DNA of 64,000 nucleotides, taken from positions 1 through 64,000 of the IMG/VR virus record IMGVR_UViG_3300009702_000500; one strand, given 5' to 3'. Both the position numbers and the translations under genes were made by a program. This DNA comes from a virus. The notes beneath the pieces are model-generated. The model saw nothing but the letters and a program-made list of their open reading frames with translations. It was not told the DNA's origin and did not search any database. Each line of letters opens with the position of its first letter. The stretch's first letter is position 1. Shown here one piece after another: positions 37,892-49,300 of this stretch.

Positions 37892-40870
37892 ATGAAATTT
37901 AACTTGGCAAAACATTTTGCACTTAACGTTAATCTAGAAATAGGTAATGTACCTCTTGATTATCTACAACTCACCTCTTTGTTAGATCTTGGTACAGAAC
38001 CAGTAGCAGTAATGTCTGAAAATGATATACTATGTTTAGATGTAGATTTAGGTGAGCGTACTAAAATAGATGAAATACGTTATTATTTCTCATCAGTGTC
38101 TACTTCTGGTACTGTTGCTTCTGGTATAGCATTTCAGTATAGAAATGAATTTTACGAATCTATGATGAGTAGTCCTACACTTATTGGTGATGGTTATTAT
38201 TACACTACTATTTCCGGTTCGTCCTCCCCTAGTTTTATAAGATTAAACCATACAATTGCTAGTGGTACATCAATTAGTGGTTCTGTATATGGATACACCA
38301 TATTAAATGACGATACTATAATAAACTTTGGTCCAGATGGGAATAAAACTGAATTTAATACTGTGGCTACAAAAGGTTTTTCAGATATATACACTATACC
38401 TATTTATAATAGTGGTACTTCAGATGCTACAGCGTTTATTCGCCTTGAACCGCGCCTAAATAAAATGGATGACGCAGTATCCATATCTAACAATGTTAAT
38501 GGTCCATGGATGGGTGTGAAGAATACAGGCTTTGTAATAGCTGGTAAAGATACCTGGAATCAAGGTACTTTAGGAAATAATGTAACAGTCTATAATAATA
38601 ATCTTACCTTAAAACATGACACAGCTGATATACTTGTTGACACTATGAGGGCTTTTAATGTTTTTGAAGGTGAGTACACTACTACAGTATTTAGTGGTAA
38701 AGGATTAAATGAATATTCTAATATTGTTATATTAAATACTACCTCTGATCAGGGGTCTTCCATAAAGATAGATAATTACGATACCACTGAGACTATAAAT
38801 GTAAGAAGTAATAAAGATATACTTAAATATGACATATATAGAAAAATATATGCTCATAGAGATCATCAGGATACTATAGTAGGTTATACTGAATACCACA
38901 CTGATAGTGAAGAACTTATTAAGCAAGTGAATGAAGTGTTTAGGTACTATGACTATTATGGTGGAGTATCTGATTATCTACATGTAGTGAACCCATTAAC
39001 TGGGGATTCTGCTGGTATAATATTGTCTAATAGAAAGGCCGAAGTATTTTATTTAGCTAACAATAGTTCTAGTGCCAGTCACAGAGACGTAGCAGATACT
39101 GGTAATTATTCCTATATGATTTCTATTAAAGATATGGCAATAGATTTATATGGTGGTTTGTGGTTGTATCTTTATGCTCGCTATGGTAACGCTGGGAGTG
39201 ACATTTCAAAAGCGGGTGATTATTTTCTACATTATGATAAAGCTTTAGGTAGTCCTGTACTTAAGTTATTTGATGCTCAATTAATAATCGGTGGTTTTGG
39301 TGTAACTCCTTCTTCTGGAAATGCTTGGTACACGTCCATCCCATCGCATGTGGTATTTTTATTAGATACTTTTGGCAATACACTGAAGTCATATGCTTCA
39401 GATGATTTAGGCACGTTGGGTGTATGTTGCATGCTTTCAGATGGAGGTTGTTGGTTTGTTAATGTAGTTTCCGGCAGCTATACTAATTTACTTAGACTTG
39501 ATTCAGATGCTCATTTAGTTTCTTCTTTGGAAAATATAAGTGACACTGGTAATATACTGGCGATGCGTGCAGATGGTGATGAGGCTCTTTGGATATTGGA
39601 TGGTTTTGTTCTTAAGCGTATTATGACAACTGAAGAGCAATTTGGTAGACTTATGTTATCAGTTAGTATACCCTATCCATATAGAATTTTTACTACGGTT
39701 ATGGGCTGTTGGGTTATGTCCGCCGACGGACATGCCTATTTTGTTGATAAGTTTGTAGGAAAAATTACAAAGCATATATTACCAGCACAAACATCAAACG
39801 AAAGAACTCCGTTTGCAGTGTATTCGGAGCCTGGGGATGGTAGTGTATGGGATGGTGAGTACCCATTATCTATTGATAATAGTTGGACTTCTATGAATTA
39901 TACTAAAAAACCTAATAATAATTATTACGTAACACCAGATTATTATACACAGATTAATTTTAAGATGTATGTGGCACCACCAAGTAAGTTATATGATAAT
40001 GTGTCTTTTGATGAAACTTGGTTGGCTAATGATGATTTTAGTGGAAGTTTGAATGATCGCCCTGCCGAGCATAGATGGAATTATTACGATGAAAGAATAT
40101 ACATAGAAGACGATAGACTTTTATTCAAAGGTAGCAACACTCCTAACTCACCTTCTCCTATTTTTATAGATAGTTATAAGAAATGGTATTTAAGAAAATA
40201 TTATAATGAAACATTTGAATTTCAAGTAGACTATGATGTACCAGAATCTACCGTGTCTGGGTCTGTTTCTATTAGTTTATCTGTGAATCCTAATACTACT
40301 AACAATAGTAAAAGTGATTATTACAAAGTTACTATTATAAGGCGACCCACTGAAATTGAATTTAAACTGTCTGCTCATGGAAATACTAGACATGGTGATA
40401 ATTCCTATACTAGTTATAATCATAGTGAAACTTTTCCTTCATCCGGGGTAACCGGCTCTGGTAAAATAAAAATTAGAAGAGATAATGAGTCAACACAAAT
40501 GCTTCATTTATATCATTATGATGGAACAGACTGGACTGAGGTTAAAATGTATACCGCAGGTTATTATTACCATGATTATCTTGTGTTTCATTATAGACGT
40601 AGTTTAAATATAAATATAGAAGTTGATGCTGCTAGAGATGTATACATTGATAATTTTATTATAAATGATGATGTTACTAAATGTTATTGGTATTTAGTGC
40701 CGCCTATTATAGAATCCGTATATTTACAAACACCAGTAGAATTAGGGCCTATTCCACCAAATGATAGTAGAGATTTATACATGAAGGTAGATGTACCCGA
40801 TACCCAAGATTTTAATATAAAAGATATATATGAGGCTAGTTTGTTGACTTGGTGGGAGATTAAGACATAA
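37892..40870 (+). CDS. Large virion protein with a beta-propeller-like central region
   Basis: AGGAG RBS favours ATG 37892. Repeated blade-like DxxGGxWx motifs (DLYGGLWL, SDGGCWF, DGDEALWI). C-terminus resembles that of the preceding giant protein. Confidence 0.6.
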   Translation: MKFNLAKHFALNVNLEIGNVPLDYLQLTSLLDLGTEPVAVMSENDILCLDVDLGERTKIDEIRYYFSSVSTSGTVASGIAFQYRNEFYESMMSSPTLIGDGYYYTTISGSSSPSFIRLNHTIASGTSISGSVYGYTILNDDTIINFGPDGNKTEFNTVATKGFSDIYTIPIYNSGTSDATAFIRLEPRLNKMDDAVSISNNVNGPWMGVKNTGFVIAGKDTWNQGTLGNNVTVYNNNLTLKHDTADILVDTMRAFNVFEGEYTTTVFSGKGLNEYSNIVILNTTSDQGSSIKIDNYDTTETINVRSNKDILKYDIYRKIYAHRDHQDTIVGYTEYHTDSEELIKQVNEVFRYYDYYGGVSDYLHVVNPLTGDSAGIILSNRKAEVFYLANNSSSASHRDVADTGNYSYMISIKDMAIDLYGGLWLYLYARYGNAGSDISKAGDYFLHYDKALGSPVLKLFDAQLIIGGFGVTPSSGNAWYTSIPSHVVFLLDTFGNTLKSYASDDLGTLGVCCMLSDGGCWFVNVVSGSYTNLLRLDSDAHLVSSLENISDTGNILAMRADGDEALWILDGFVLKRIMTTEEQFGRLMLSVSIPYPYRIFTTVMGCWVMSADGHAYFVDKFVGKITKHILPAQTSNERTPFAVYSEPGDGSVWDGEYPLSIDNSWTSMNYTKKPNNNYYVTPDYYTQINFKMYVAPPSKLYDNVSFDETWLANDDFSGSLNDRPAEHRWNYYDERIYIEDDRLLFKGSNTPNSPSPIFIDSYKKWYLRKYYNETFEFQVDYDVPESTVSGSVSISLSVNPNTTNNSKSDYYKVTIIRRPTEIEFKLSAHGNTRHGDNSYTSYNHSETFPSSGVTGSGKIKIRRDNESTQMLHLYHYDGTDWTEVKMYTAGYYYHDYLVFHYRRSLNINIEVDAARDVYIDNFIINDDVTKCYWYLVPPIIESVYLQTPVELGPIPPNDSRDLYMKVDVPDTQDFNIKDIYEASLLTWWEIKT

Positions 40871-42951
40871 TGGTTCAATATGGTCTACAGATAAATCCTG
40901 CTGCTTACACTTACGTACGCCCTATCTTTATAACAGAACCAGGAATATCTGATAGAGTAAATGCACAGGTGTATATAAAATTAGATGCGTCTAATTTTAA
41001 TTTAGAACTTTTAAAGTCTGATTATAGAGACGTAAGATTTGCTGATAATTTAAATGGATCTTCAGCATTATGTTATTGGCATAATTATTATGATTTGGCG
41101 AGTAAAAAGTTTTTTATATGGATTAAAATCCCATTTATCGGTAAAGGAGAGACTAAACAAATATTTATGTTCTGGGGCCGCGACGATGACGTTGGTGCAG
41201 AAGATATGGAAAGTTTGGATTTTTATTTTGTTTCAGATTTTAGATATAAATTGATTGATAACACAAAATGGTATCCAAATTCATCCTCTTTTCATGATCT
41301 ATATGGTATAAAGCTTGATCACGGCCATTTAAGCACTAAATATGATTTTTTAACTGGAAAAACAAATTGGATAGTTGAATTTGGTATTTACTATGACGGC
41401 TCATACCAATCTTATACTTTTGGATATTACTTGAACATACTTTCTACTGAAAATTACATAAAATCAAATTATTATAGAGATGACTATCTTTCAATAAATG
41501 CTATAAGTATAGACACCTTTGATAGCTATAACGGTTTTGGTCCTGAAGCTGGTTCTTTTAACATACATTCAGTTGGTTATGTGGAATATGATGATAATGT
41601 AATTATAGGAATCAATGGTAGACTTACTAAACCAAATGCCTATAAGACTATTGAGAGGCGTGTAGAAGGTGATACACGGCCTAGTAGACTAAATATTGGG
41701 AGGGATACATATTATGTATTTAATAATTGTTATTTATCTTGGGTAATAGCTAGAGAGTTTTTTGTTGAAGATTTTATTGTTGATACCTCTGAGTTATTCG
41801 TTCCGAATGAATATGTTCCACCGCAAGTATTAGATTTTGAATCTTATGGTTTAGATATCACTGATATAGTATATAGGCACACATCATCTGATGATGGGGA
41901 TCCATATAAACTTTCTGATAACCATATAGAATCTGATGACAGTTATTGGGAAGTAACAGGTGCCACAACAGCATCGGTGTCCATTAATTTTGCCATTACT
42001 ACAGAAGATGTAGTACCTGAAGCTAATTTGTTAGTTCCTTATGTATATAGAGAAGAATCAGGTATGATTTTTTTAGAGGAAGGTCCATATTCAGACATTT
42101 ATGATTCAATGGGTCACAGGTATTGGGAGGGAAATAGTGAAGAAGGGTGGCTAGCTATAGGCTTTCCTAGTCCTGGTTATGCAATATCTGTATTTGAATT
42201 TAAGGGTGAGACTATAAATAATATGCCAAAAGATTTTTTATTTCAAAGAAGTTTTGTTAATCCTCATACAGCAAAGGAATATGATTGGTTTACATTAGTT
42301 TCTGGTACATGTACTGAATCTACTGATTGGTATATGTTTCAATTTAGTAATTCTAATAAATACCCATATTATAGGTTTGTTATAAAAAGTACCTTCGGCG
42401 GCGCAGTTCACAGGGTTCGAAGATGGCGTATGTATGAAAAAAGTAAAACTTCTAAACAAAGGGTTGTTTCTAAATTGAGATTGTTGCCTTCAAAAATAGG
42501 AGGTAATGAGAATTTTTTTCCTAAAAAAATAAGTTTTTATGGGTCTAATGACTTCAATGATTGGACCCCGTTGTTTGAGGATCATTACACCACCACACCT
42601 TATTTTGATTTTACATATGGTAGGTGGCAAGAAATTGTTTTTGATAATAATACGCCATTTTGGGCGTATAAACTCACTATGGAAGGTAATTGGGGCGGAA
42701 GTAATGACAAGTTTGTTATAGATGAATGGGAAATGTATGAATACAAATATTTGGATCACGGATACAATATTTTAAAAGGAAGTAGTAATAACATTAATAA
42801 TATATGGGCTAGCCCCGATGCTACAATAGATAGTGGCTGGTTATATGTTGCCAATGAAGGAGTTAATTATTTGTATGACGGTAAATTTGCAATGTTTAAA
42901 GAACTTACTGGATCTATTATTGATTTACAGAAATTGAGGGGACTTAAATAA
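40870..42951 (+). CDS. DUF2341-like + F5/8C-domain virion protein
   Basis: DVRFAD...CYW...IWIKIP...IFMFWG (DUF2341). PKDFLFQ...YPYYRFVI and PKKISFYGSND...IDEWEMYE (F5/8C). Confidence 0.65.
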   Translation: MVQYGLQINPAAYTYVRPIFITEPGISDRVNAQVYIKLDASNFNLELLKSDYRDVRFADNLNGSSALCYWHNYYDLASKKFFIWIKIPFIGKGETKQIFMFWGRDDDVGAEDMESLDFYFVSDFRYKLIDNTKWYPNSSSFHDLYGIKLDHGHLSTKYDFLTGKTNWIVEFGIYYDGSYQSYTFGYYLNILSTENYIKSNYYRDDYLSINAISIDTFDSYNGFGPEAGSFNIHSVGYVEYDDNVIIGINGRLTKPNAYKTIERRVEGDTRPSRLNIGRDTYYVFNNCYLSWVIAREFFVEDFIVDTSELFVPNEYVPPQVLDFESYGLDITDIVYRHTSSDDGDPYKLSDNHIESDDSYWEVTGATTASVSINFAITTEDVVPEANLLVPYVYREESGMIFLEEGPYSDIYDSMGHRYWEGNSEEGWLAIGFPSPGYAISVFEFKGETINNMPKDFLFQRSFVNPHTAKEYDWFTLVSGTCTESTDWYMFQFSNSNKYPYYRFVIKSTFGGAVHRVRRWRMYEKSKTSKQRVVSKLRLLPSKIGGNENFFPKKISFYGSNDFNDWTPLFEDHYTTTPYFDFTYGRWQEIVFDNNTPFWAYKLTMEGNWGGSNDKFVIDEWEMYEYKYLDHGYNILKGSSNNINNIWASPDATIDSGWLYVANEGVNYLYDGKFAMFKELTGSIIDLQKLRGLK

Positions 42952-45900
42952 TGGCTAATATAGTTAAATCAGTAGAAAAATTTGATCTTGCATTATCGGC
43001 ATTAACTGTGTCTGGTCAATTATCTAAATCACAGAATGTAGATAATTGTGTTCCATTTATGTCTACTCGTGGGAATAGTAGTACTATGCGAGCACATATT
43101 ACGGATGCTTATTTTTCTTCTACCGGCTCCGATGATTTTATAAATGTGGCAAGAGCATATAATAATGGCACAAATTATTGTAAAGTATATGTAGTAGAGT
43201 TTGATCCAAATGAAGTAAAGGTACAACAGGGATCTTTTACTTTAGATGGGACCACTAATACAACTGTTACTATAAGCGGAGTAGACCAAGATCGAGCGGC
43301 TATGTCCTTTTATAATGTCGGCACCACGGGTACTGACTATGCTAGTGCTAATTTAGTTAGAGGTAAGTTTGCTAGTAATTCTAGTTTAGAGTTTAGAAGG
43401 GGCACCACTAATCAATCCGTAAATGGTCATTATTTTGTGTTTGAGGCTTTGAAAGATCAATTTACTGTACAATCATCTGATTGGTCAAACGTATCTACAA
43501 CTGATATTGAATTAAATCCAATGAGTTTTGTTAAGGGATTATTGCTATCCTCTTATTATTCTGATTACGGAGGAAACTCACCTCCTTACCATTATGCTAG
43601 GACTTTTTTGTGGAGTAGAAAAAACATTAGAATAAATAAATCTTCTGGTAGTAGTACAGTATATGGTACATCTTTTTTTATTGAATTTGCTGATAATAAG
43701 AGGCATACACAGCAGTGGTACCCTTATTTTTCTTCTAGTGCTACATCAGTTCAATATGATTTGAAGTATCCAGTAGATTTAGATTATTCTATGGCAATAT
43801 TAGATAATTTTCAGAGTATAGTTACTGTCAGTTTTAACAACAGTAGTTACACTCATAATGCTTTTTGTACAGCAGAACTATTAACGGCCAGTGGTGTAGA
43901 GATATATAGAAATAATTCCGGAGCTGTAAGTTATGGCAGTTTACAAGTATTCGATTGGAAAGGTGTAGATATATCTATTGGTAGTAATTCTAGCCCATTA
44001 GCATCTGGTATTTCTTGTGTAAAATCTGTTGAAAATAGTATTATTACTATTACAGGCGAAGATAAATACATTGATTATGCTTTAACTAAGGGACAAGATA
44101 TATCGAATTGTGTTCCTTTTATTTCATCTCGTGGTGATTCTAATACCTATTCTAAACAAATGTATAATGTATGGTTTGAGTCACCTAATTTAGTATGTAT
44201 CAATAGAGGGGGCAATACAGGAGCTATATCTGTAATACATTTGAACATCGTGGAGTTTTACCCGGAACAAGTGAAGGTTAATTCTGATGTTATTTATATT
44301 AGTGGACAATATTATACTACTACTATTTCTAGTGTAGATTTATCTAAAACTGTATTAATATTTAATGGATCTTTAGCAACCAATGGTAACGCCGATTCTT
44401 CATATGTTAGGGGGAAGTTTACAAGTGCTAGTGGGATAGAATTATACAGAATGGGGACGGCTGGTAATTGGAATGGCACTTATTACACTTTTGAGGATTT
44501 AAAAAATAATTTTGAGGTGGAACAGCATACCGGTAGTTTTTCATCTTATAGCCGAGACTATGCCACTATGGAATTAGAACCAGCATGTACTTTTTTGATA
44601 GGTTCATATGCTATTAATCTTAATGGCACTTCAGCATCTTACGCCCAAGCTATGCTTACCTATCAATCTACTTCTATAGCAGGCTTTAATAAATATTCTA
44701 GTAGCTATACGTGCTATTATTGTTATTTTATGGTAAAGTTCATTGATGGTAGGGAGCATGTTCAGAATATATATCAATATTTTAGTTCTTCTGATAGCAC
44801 TAAGACCCAATCATTGTATGATAGATTTATAGGACATAATGATAGTATAATTGCTTATTCTAATACATGTCCCGGAAGCGAGGTGAACACAAATAATAGT
44901 TCATATATTAAATTTGGATGGTGTTCTATTGAATTACTCCCTAATAACACTTTAGAAATGAAGTTAATTTCAGCTCCGTCGGTAGATGTTAAAACAGCGT
45001 TCTCGGTGATTGATTGGGTAGGGTATAAACCAACATTCCCTATTGTATTGAAAACCAAATCTTTTGTCAGATCGATAGAGAATATAAAGTTTACTTTAAT
45101 TGACAATGATTATCAAGATATAAAGTATTTGACAAAAGGACAGATTTCTGAAAATTGTGTTCCTTTTTATACATTAAAATCTTCTAGTAGTAATGCTGGT
45201 ACTTATGAGTCTATGGTAGCTTGTTTAATTTTTACAGGTAATAAGATAGCAGCCTGTCGAGGTATGTACGGGTCGGGTATGGGTAGAATAGATATGACTG
45301 CTTCTGTTATAGAATTTAATCCAAATAAAGTTAAAATACAGCGTGGTCATTTTTATGTATCTGGTACTTCAACAGACATTACTGTAGAAGAAGTAGATCT
45401 TCACAGAGCATTTGTTGTGGTATCTTCATATGGATACGGCGTTTCTAATAAGTATTCTCATTCATTTCTAGAATCTTATTTTACTAATAGTACAACATTG
45501 ACAGTTCAAAGGACTACCTCGGATTCTGGAGCTATTATGGGTCAGTACTATATAGTAGAAGCATTAAATGAAGAGTTTTATGTACAGACTGTTCGCGGTA
45601 GTACTAATTCATCTATTCATAATATATTATACCCAGAATATACCCCAACAACTAGTAAGTCTATACTTATTGCTTCCGTTAGATCTAATTATGATGGTAA
45701 TGGGCCTTCTTATGGTTGTACTAGAATTTATAATGATCTACAGAGTGTATATACAAATAAATATTCGTCTAATAGTAATACTTATTACACTATTTTTGTA
45801 GTAGACTTTGATAAATCACTGGACATTGTTACACAACAGCGGTTTTTCTCATTTTCATCGTCGGAGAGTGTTAAAGAGTCCTCTATTAATAAAGTCAGTG

Positions 45901-46349
45901 AAAACTCTACTGCCATTGTTGTACCTACACAGAGTGTCAATTCTACTGTTAACACTACTAACGCTGGTCATTTTCCATATGCATTCTCAGAAATAGTTTT
46001 AACAACTTCTGGAACCAAAGTAGAAGCTAGTTTATCTCAAGCACCAGGTGTAGACGTTAGAAGCTTTGCTCAAATAGTTGAATTTCCAGAATTTAGTACA
46101 CATTATTTTGATGGCACTGTTACGGAACGGGGTTTGCCGGCCGCAGGAAGAATTGTTCGCGCGTATAGAAGAGATACCGGAGACTTAATGGATGAAACAG
46201 TATCAGCAAGTGGAACAGGTTATTTTTATTTAGAAACAACATATAGTGGTGCTCATGATATAGTATGTTTAGATGATTTAGCAGGGTACAGTTATAATGA
46301 TTTAATTTATGGAGATGTGCTTCCGACTGTAATTTCGGGCGCGCCGTAA
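42951..46349 (+). CDS. Adhesin-like protein with three ~350-aa repeats and a C-terminal prealbumin/carboxypeptidase-regulatory-like domain
   Basis: V(K/R)S(V/I)E...K(G/S)Q...NCVPF...EF.P..VK(V/I) occurs three times. C-terminal GTVTERGLPAAGRIVRAYRRDTG...GYF. Confidence 0.65.
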   Translation: MANIVKSVEKFDLALSALTVSGQLSKSQNVDNCVPFMSTRGNSSTMRAHITDAYFSSTGSDDFINVARAYNNGTNYCKVYVVEFDPNEVKVQQGSFTLDGTTNTTVTISGVDQDRAAMSFYNVGTTGTDYASANLVRGKFASNSSLEFRRGTTNQSVNGHYFVFEALKDQFTVQSSDWSNVSTTDIELNPMSFVKGLLLSSYYSDYGGNSPPYHYARTFLWSRKNIRINKSSGSSTVYGTSFFIEFADNKRHTQQWYPYFSSSATSVQYDLKYPVDLDYSMAILDNFQSIVTVSFNNSSYTHNAFCTAELLTASGVEIYRNNSGAVSYGSLQVFDWKGVDISIGSNSSPLASGISCVKSVENSIITITGEDKYIDYALTKGQDISNCVPFISSRGDSNTYSKQMYNVWFESPNLVCINRGGNTGAISVIHLNIVEFYPEQVKVNSDVIYISGQYYTTTISSVDLSKTVLIFNGSLATNGNADSSYVRGKFTSASGIELYRMGTAGNWNGTYYTFEDLKNNFEVEQHTGSFSSYSRDYATMELEPACTFLIGSYAINLNGTSASYAQAMLTYQSTSIAGFNKYSSSYTCYYCYFMVKFIDGREHVQNIYQYFSSSDSTKTQSLYDRFIGHNDSIIAYSNTCPGSEVNTNNSSYIKFGWCSIELLPNNTLEMKLISAPSVDVKTAFSVIDWVGYKPTFPIVLKTKSFVRSIENIKFTLIDNDYQDIKYLTKGQISENCVPFYTLKSSSSNAGTYESMVACLIFTGNKIAACRGMYGSGMGRIDMTASVIEFNPNKVKIQRGHFYVSGTSTDITVEEVDLHRAFVVVSSYGYGVSNKYSHSFLESYFTNSTTLTVQRTTSDSGAIMGQYYIVEALNEEFYVQTVRGSTNSSIHNILYPEYTPTTSKSILIASVRSNYDGNGPSYGCTRIYNDLQSVYTNKYSSNSNTYYTIFVVDFDKSLDIVTQQRFFSFSSSESVKESSINKVSENSTAIVVPTQSVNSTVNTTNAGHFPYAFSEIVLTTSGTKVEASLSQAPGVDVRSFAQIVEFPEFSTHYFDGTVTERGLPAAGRIVRAYRRDTGDLMDETVSASGTGYFYLETTYSGAHDIVCLDDLAGYSYNDLIYGDVLPTVISGAP

Positions 46350-46365
46350 AAGGAGAGTTAAATAA

Positions 46366-49300
46366 ATGTCTTGGTCAAATAAAATAGATATAACAATAGA
46401 TGGTTCAAAAATAAATGAAACATTAACAAATTTTCCTTTATTAATAAATCTATCTGAATCAAGTGGTATTTCAGATGAAGATATATCTGCTATTTTCACT
46501 GAACTAGGAAATAATTATTATAGGATTAAGATAGAAGATGAATATAATGTTCAACTTCCTATAGAAATAGAAAACTGGGATTCTATATATAAGAAAGCTC
46601 AGTTGTGGGTGAAAGTACCTACTGTAAAGGGAAGTGGAGATACTAAACTGACCTTATATTATGATAATGGTGAGGCTGATAATACTCATTATGTAGGAAA
46701 AACCCCAGGTGTTAAACCTATAAATATGGTAGTTAATATAAATGAAGAAGGTACTTATGATACTAGTGGTATGTATGCACCATGTGTAATTAAAGAGAGT
46801 GATACCTCCTATAAAATGTGGTATAGTGGTAATGATGGATCACATTATAGAATTATGTATGCTACTTCAACAGATGGGTTAACCTGGTCCAATCATCAAA
46901 TGGTATTAAACTATAATACTGAAGGTACTTATGATACTACACATGTATATACTCCATATGTAATTAAAGAAAGTGACACCTCATATAAAATGTGGTATGC
47001 TGGGTATGATGGCTCATATAGAAGAATGCTTTATGCGGTCTCTACTGATGGCACATCATGGTCTAATTATCAAATGATAATAGATGTTGGTAGTGAAGGT
47101 ACTTATGATACTAATTCTGCTTATTATCCATCTGTAATTAAAGAGAGTGATACTTCATATAAAATGTGGTATGCTGGGTATGATGGATCACATTATAGAA
47201 TTTTATATTGTACAAGTACTGATGGAATAAATTGGTCTAATTTTCAACTAGTATTAAATTATAATCAAGAAGGTACTTATGATACTTCATATATTTATTC
47301 TCCTTCTGTAATTAAAGAATTAAGTGGTTCGTACAAGATGTGGTACACTGGCCGGGATGGATCACATTATAGAATTTTATATTGTACAAGTACAAATGGA
47401 ATTTCATGGTCTAATTTTCAACTAGTATTAAATTATAATCAAGAAGGTACTTATGATACTAATTATGCATATACACCATGTGTAATTAAAGAGAATGATA
47501 CCTTATATAAACTGTGGTATACTGGTAATGATGGGTCGTATTCTAGAATTCTTTATGCTACTTCTGAAGATGGAAAAGTTTGGACTAAAAATATTGTAAA
47601 TCGAGTTTGGGATGATAATTTTGTTGCTGTTTATCATATGTCACAAGATCCATCTGGTGGTTCAAATAGTATTTATGATTCTACTTCAAATGCTAATCAT
47701 GGTACCCCACAGGGCAATATGAATAGTAGTAACCTAGTTGACGGAGAAATAGGTAAAGCTTTAAATTTTGATGGGGTTGATGATTGGATAAATATAGGAA
47801 ATGTTATATATTCACCACATTATTATACTATTGAAGCAATATTTAAAACATCACAAACAGGCAATAATACTGCATATAATTTATTAACTTCAAAGCATTC
47901 ATCAGCTAATATTAAACCAACTATGTATTTTGATGGTTCTACTAATTTTCAATTTAAGACAGGATTTTATAATGATAATACATGGTATAGAGATGATAGT
48001 GGAATAATAGGAAAAAATGATGATAACTTACATTATGCTGCATCTACTTATAATAAAGTAAATATAATATCATATATTGATGATGATTCAACACATAGTA
48101 CATCAGCAACTGTAGATATGGCAGCATCAACAAATGATTATCGTATTGGAGCACGATGGGATGCAGAATTATATGGTGGTTGGTGGAGTGGAATTATAGA
48201 TGAAGTAAGATTATCTAAAATAGCAAGATCACCAGAATGGATTAAAGCTACTTATTACTCTAATTGGGACAATCTGCTGTATTATAATTTTCATCCTGGC
48301 GCTGAAGTAGGATGGTTAGAAACTTATGAAAACGGTGAGTATAAAAAATGGGCTAAAAGAATAAAAATAGATATAGATAGTACAAAAGTAGATGATATAT
48401 TAGTAGACTTTCCTGTTTTAGTACGGCTAGGTGAAAGTGTAGGATTAGCTAATACAGATGTGACTGATGTATTTGATACTTCTAAAAATAAAATAGCAAT
48501 AACAGCTGGAGATGGTACTAGTCAGTTATACACAGAAATAGAGTACTGGTCTTCAATTGAAAAAGAAGCAGTTCTATGGACAAAAGTTTCAAGGATAAGC
48601 AGCGATGAGAATTCTTCAATTTATTTATACTATGATAATGAACGTGAAGATAATACTGATTATGTTGGAGAAACAGGAACACAACCGGCTCAAAATGTTT
48701 GGGATGATAATTTTGTAGGTGTATGGCACATGTCTCAAGACCCATCTGGTGGAGCAAATAGTATTTATGATTCTACTTCAAATAATAATCACGGTACTCC
48801 AAATGGTAGTATGACTAGTGGTGATTTGGTTGATGGTCAAGTTGGTAAGGCTATAGATTTTGATGGTACTGATGATTATATACAAATGAGTAATACTAAT
48901 ATTCCTTTTGGCGCAAGCCCGTTCACAAAAGATGTTATTGTTTATTTACCTAATAAAGTGGATTCAAATAATACTAGAAAAACTATACTATGGTGGGGGC
49001 AACCATATTCAAATAATTATATAAACCTTCTAAGGACAGGTGATTCTAGTGGTGAGCTTCTTAATGGCTTCTGGGGTAATGATCTAGTTTGGGCACCAAC
49101 ACATCTAGTTAATGGCTATAATCATATTATGATTACATATGATGGAAATATATTAAAAGGTTACGTTAATGGAGAATATGAAGCATCATATACCGCAGGC
49201 GCAGCTAATGTTTCAACAAGTGATGTATTTATTGGAGAATCTTCTAATACTTGGGATTATAATTTTCCAGGGATTATAGATGAAGTAAGAATATCTAAAA

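Noticed and set aside
46747-47460. Regularly spaced identical 18-mers suggesting a CRISPR array
   Set aside because: The period is 174 nt, the intervening sequences are homologous to each other, and all lie in frame in a CDS as propeller blades. The Cas4-like nuclease at 62019 is a common stand-alone phage gene.
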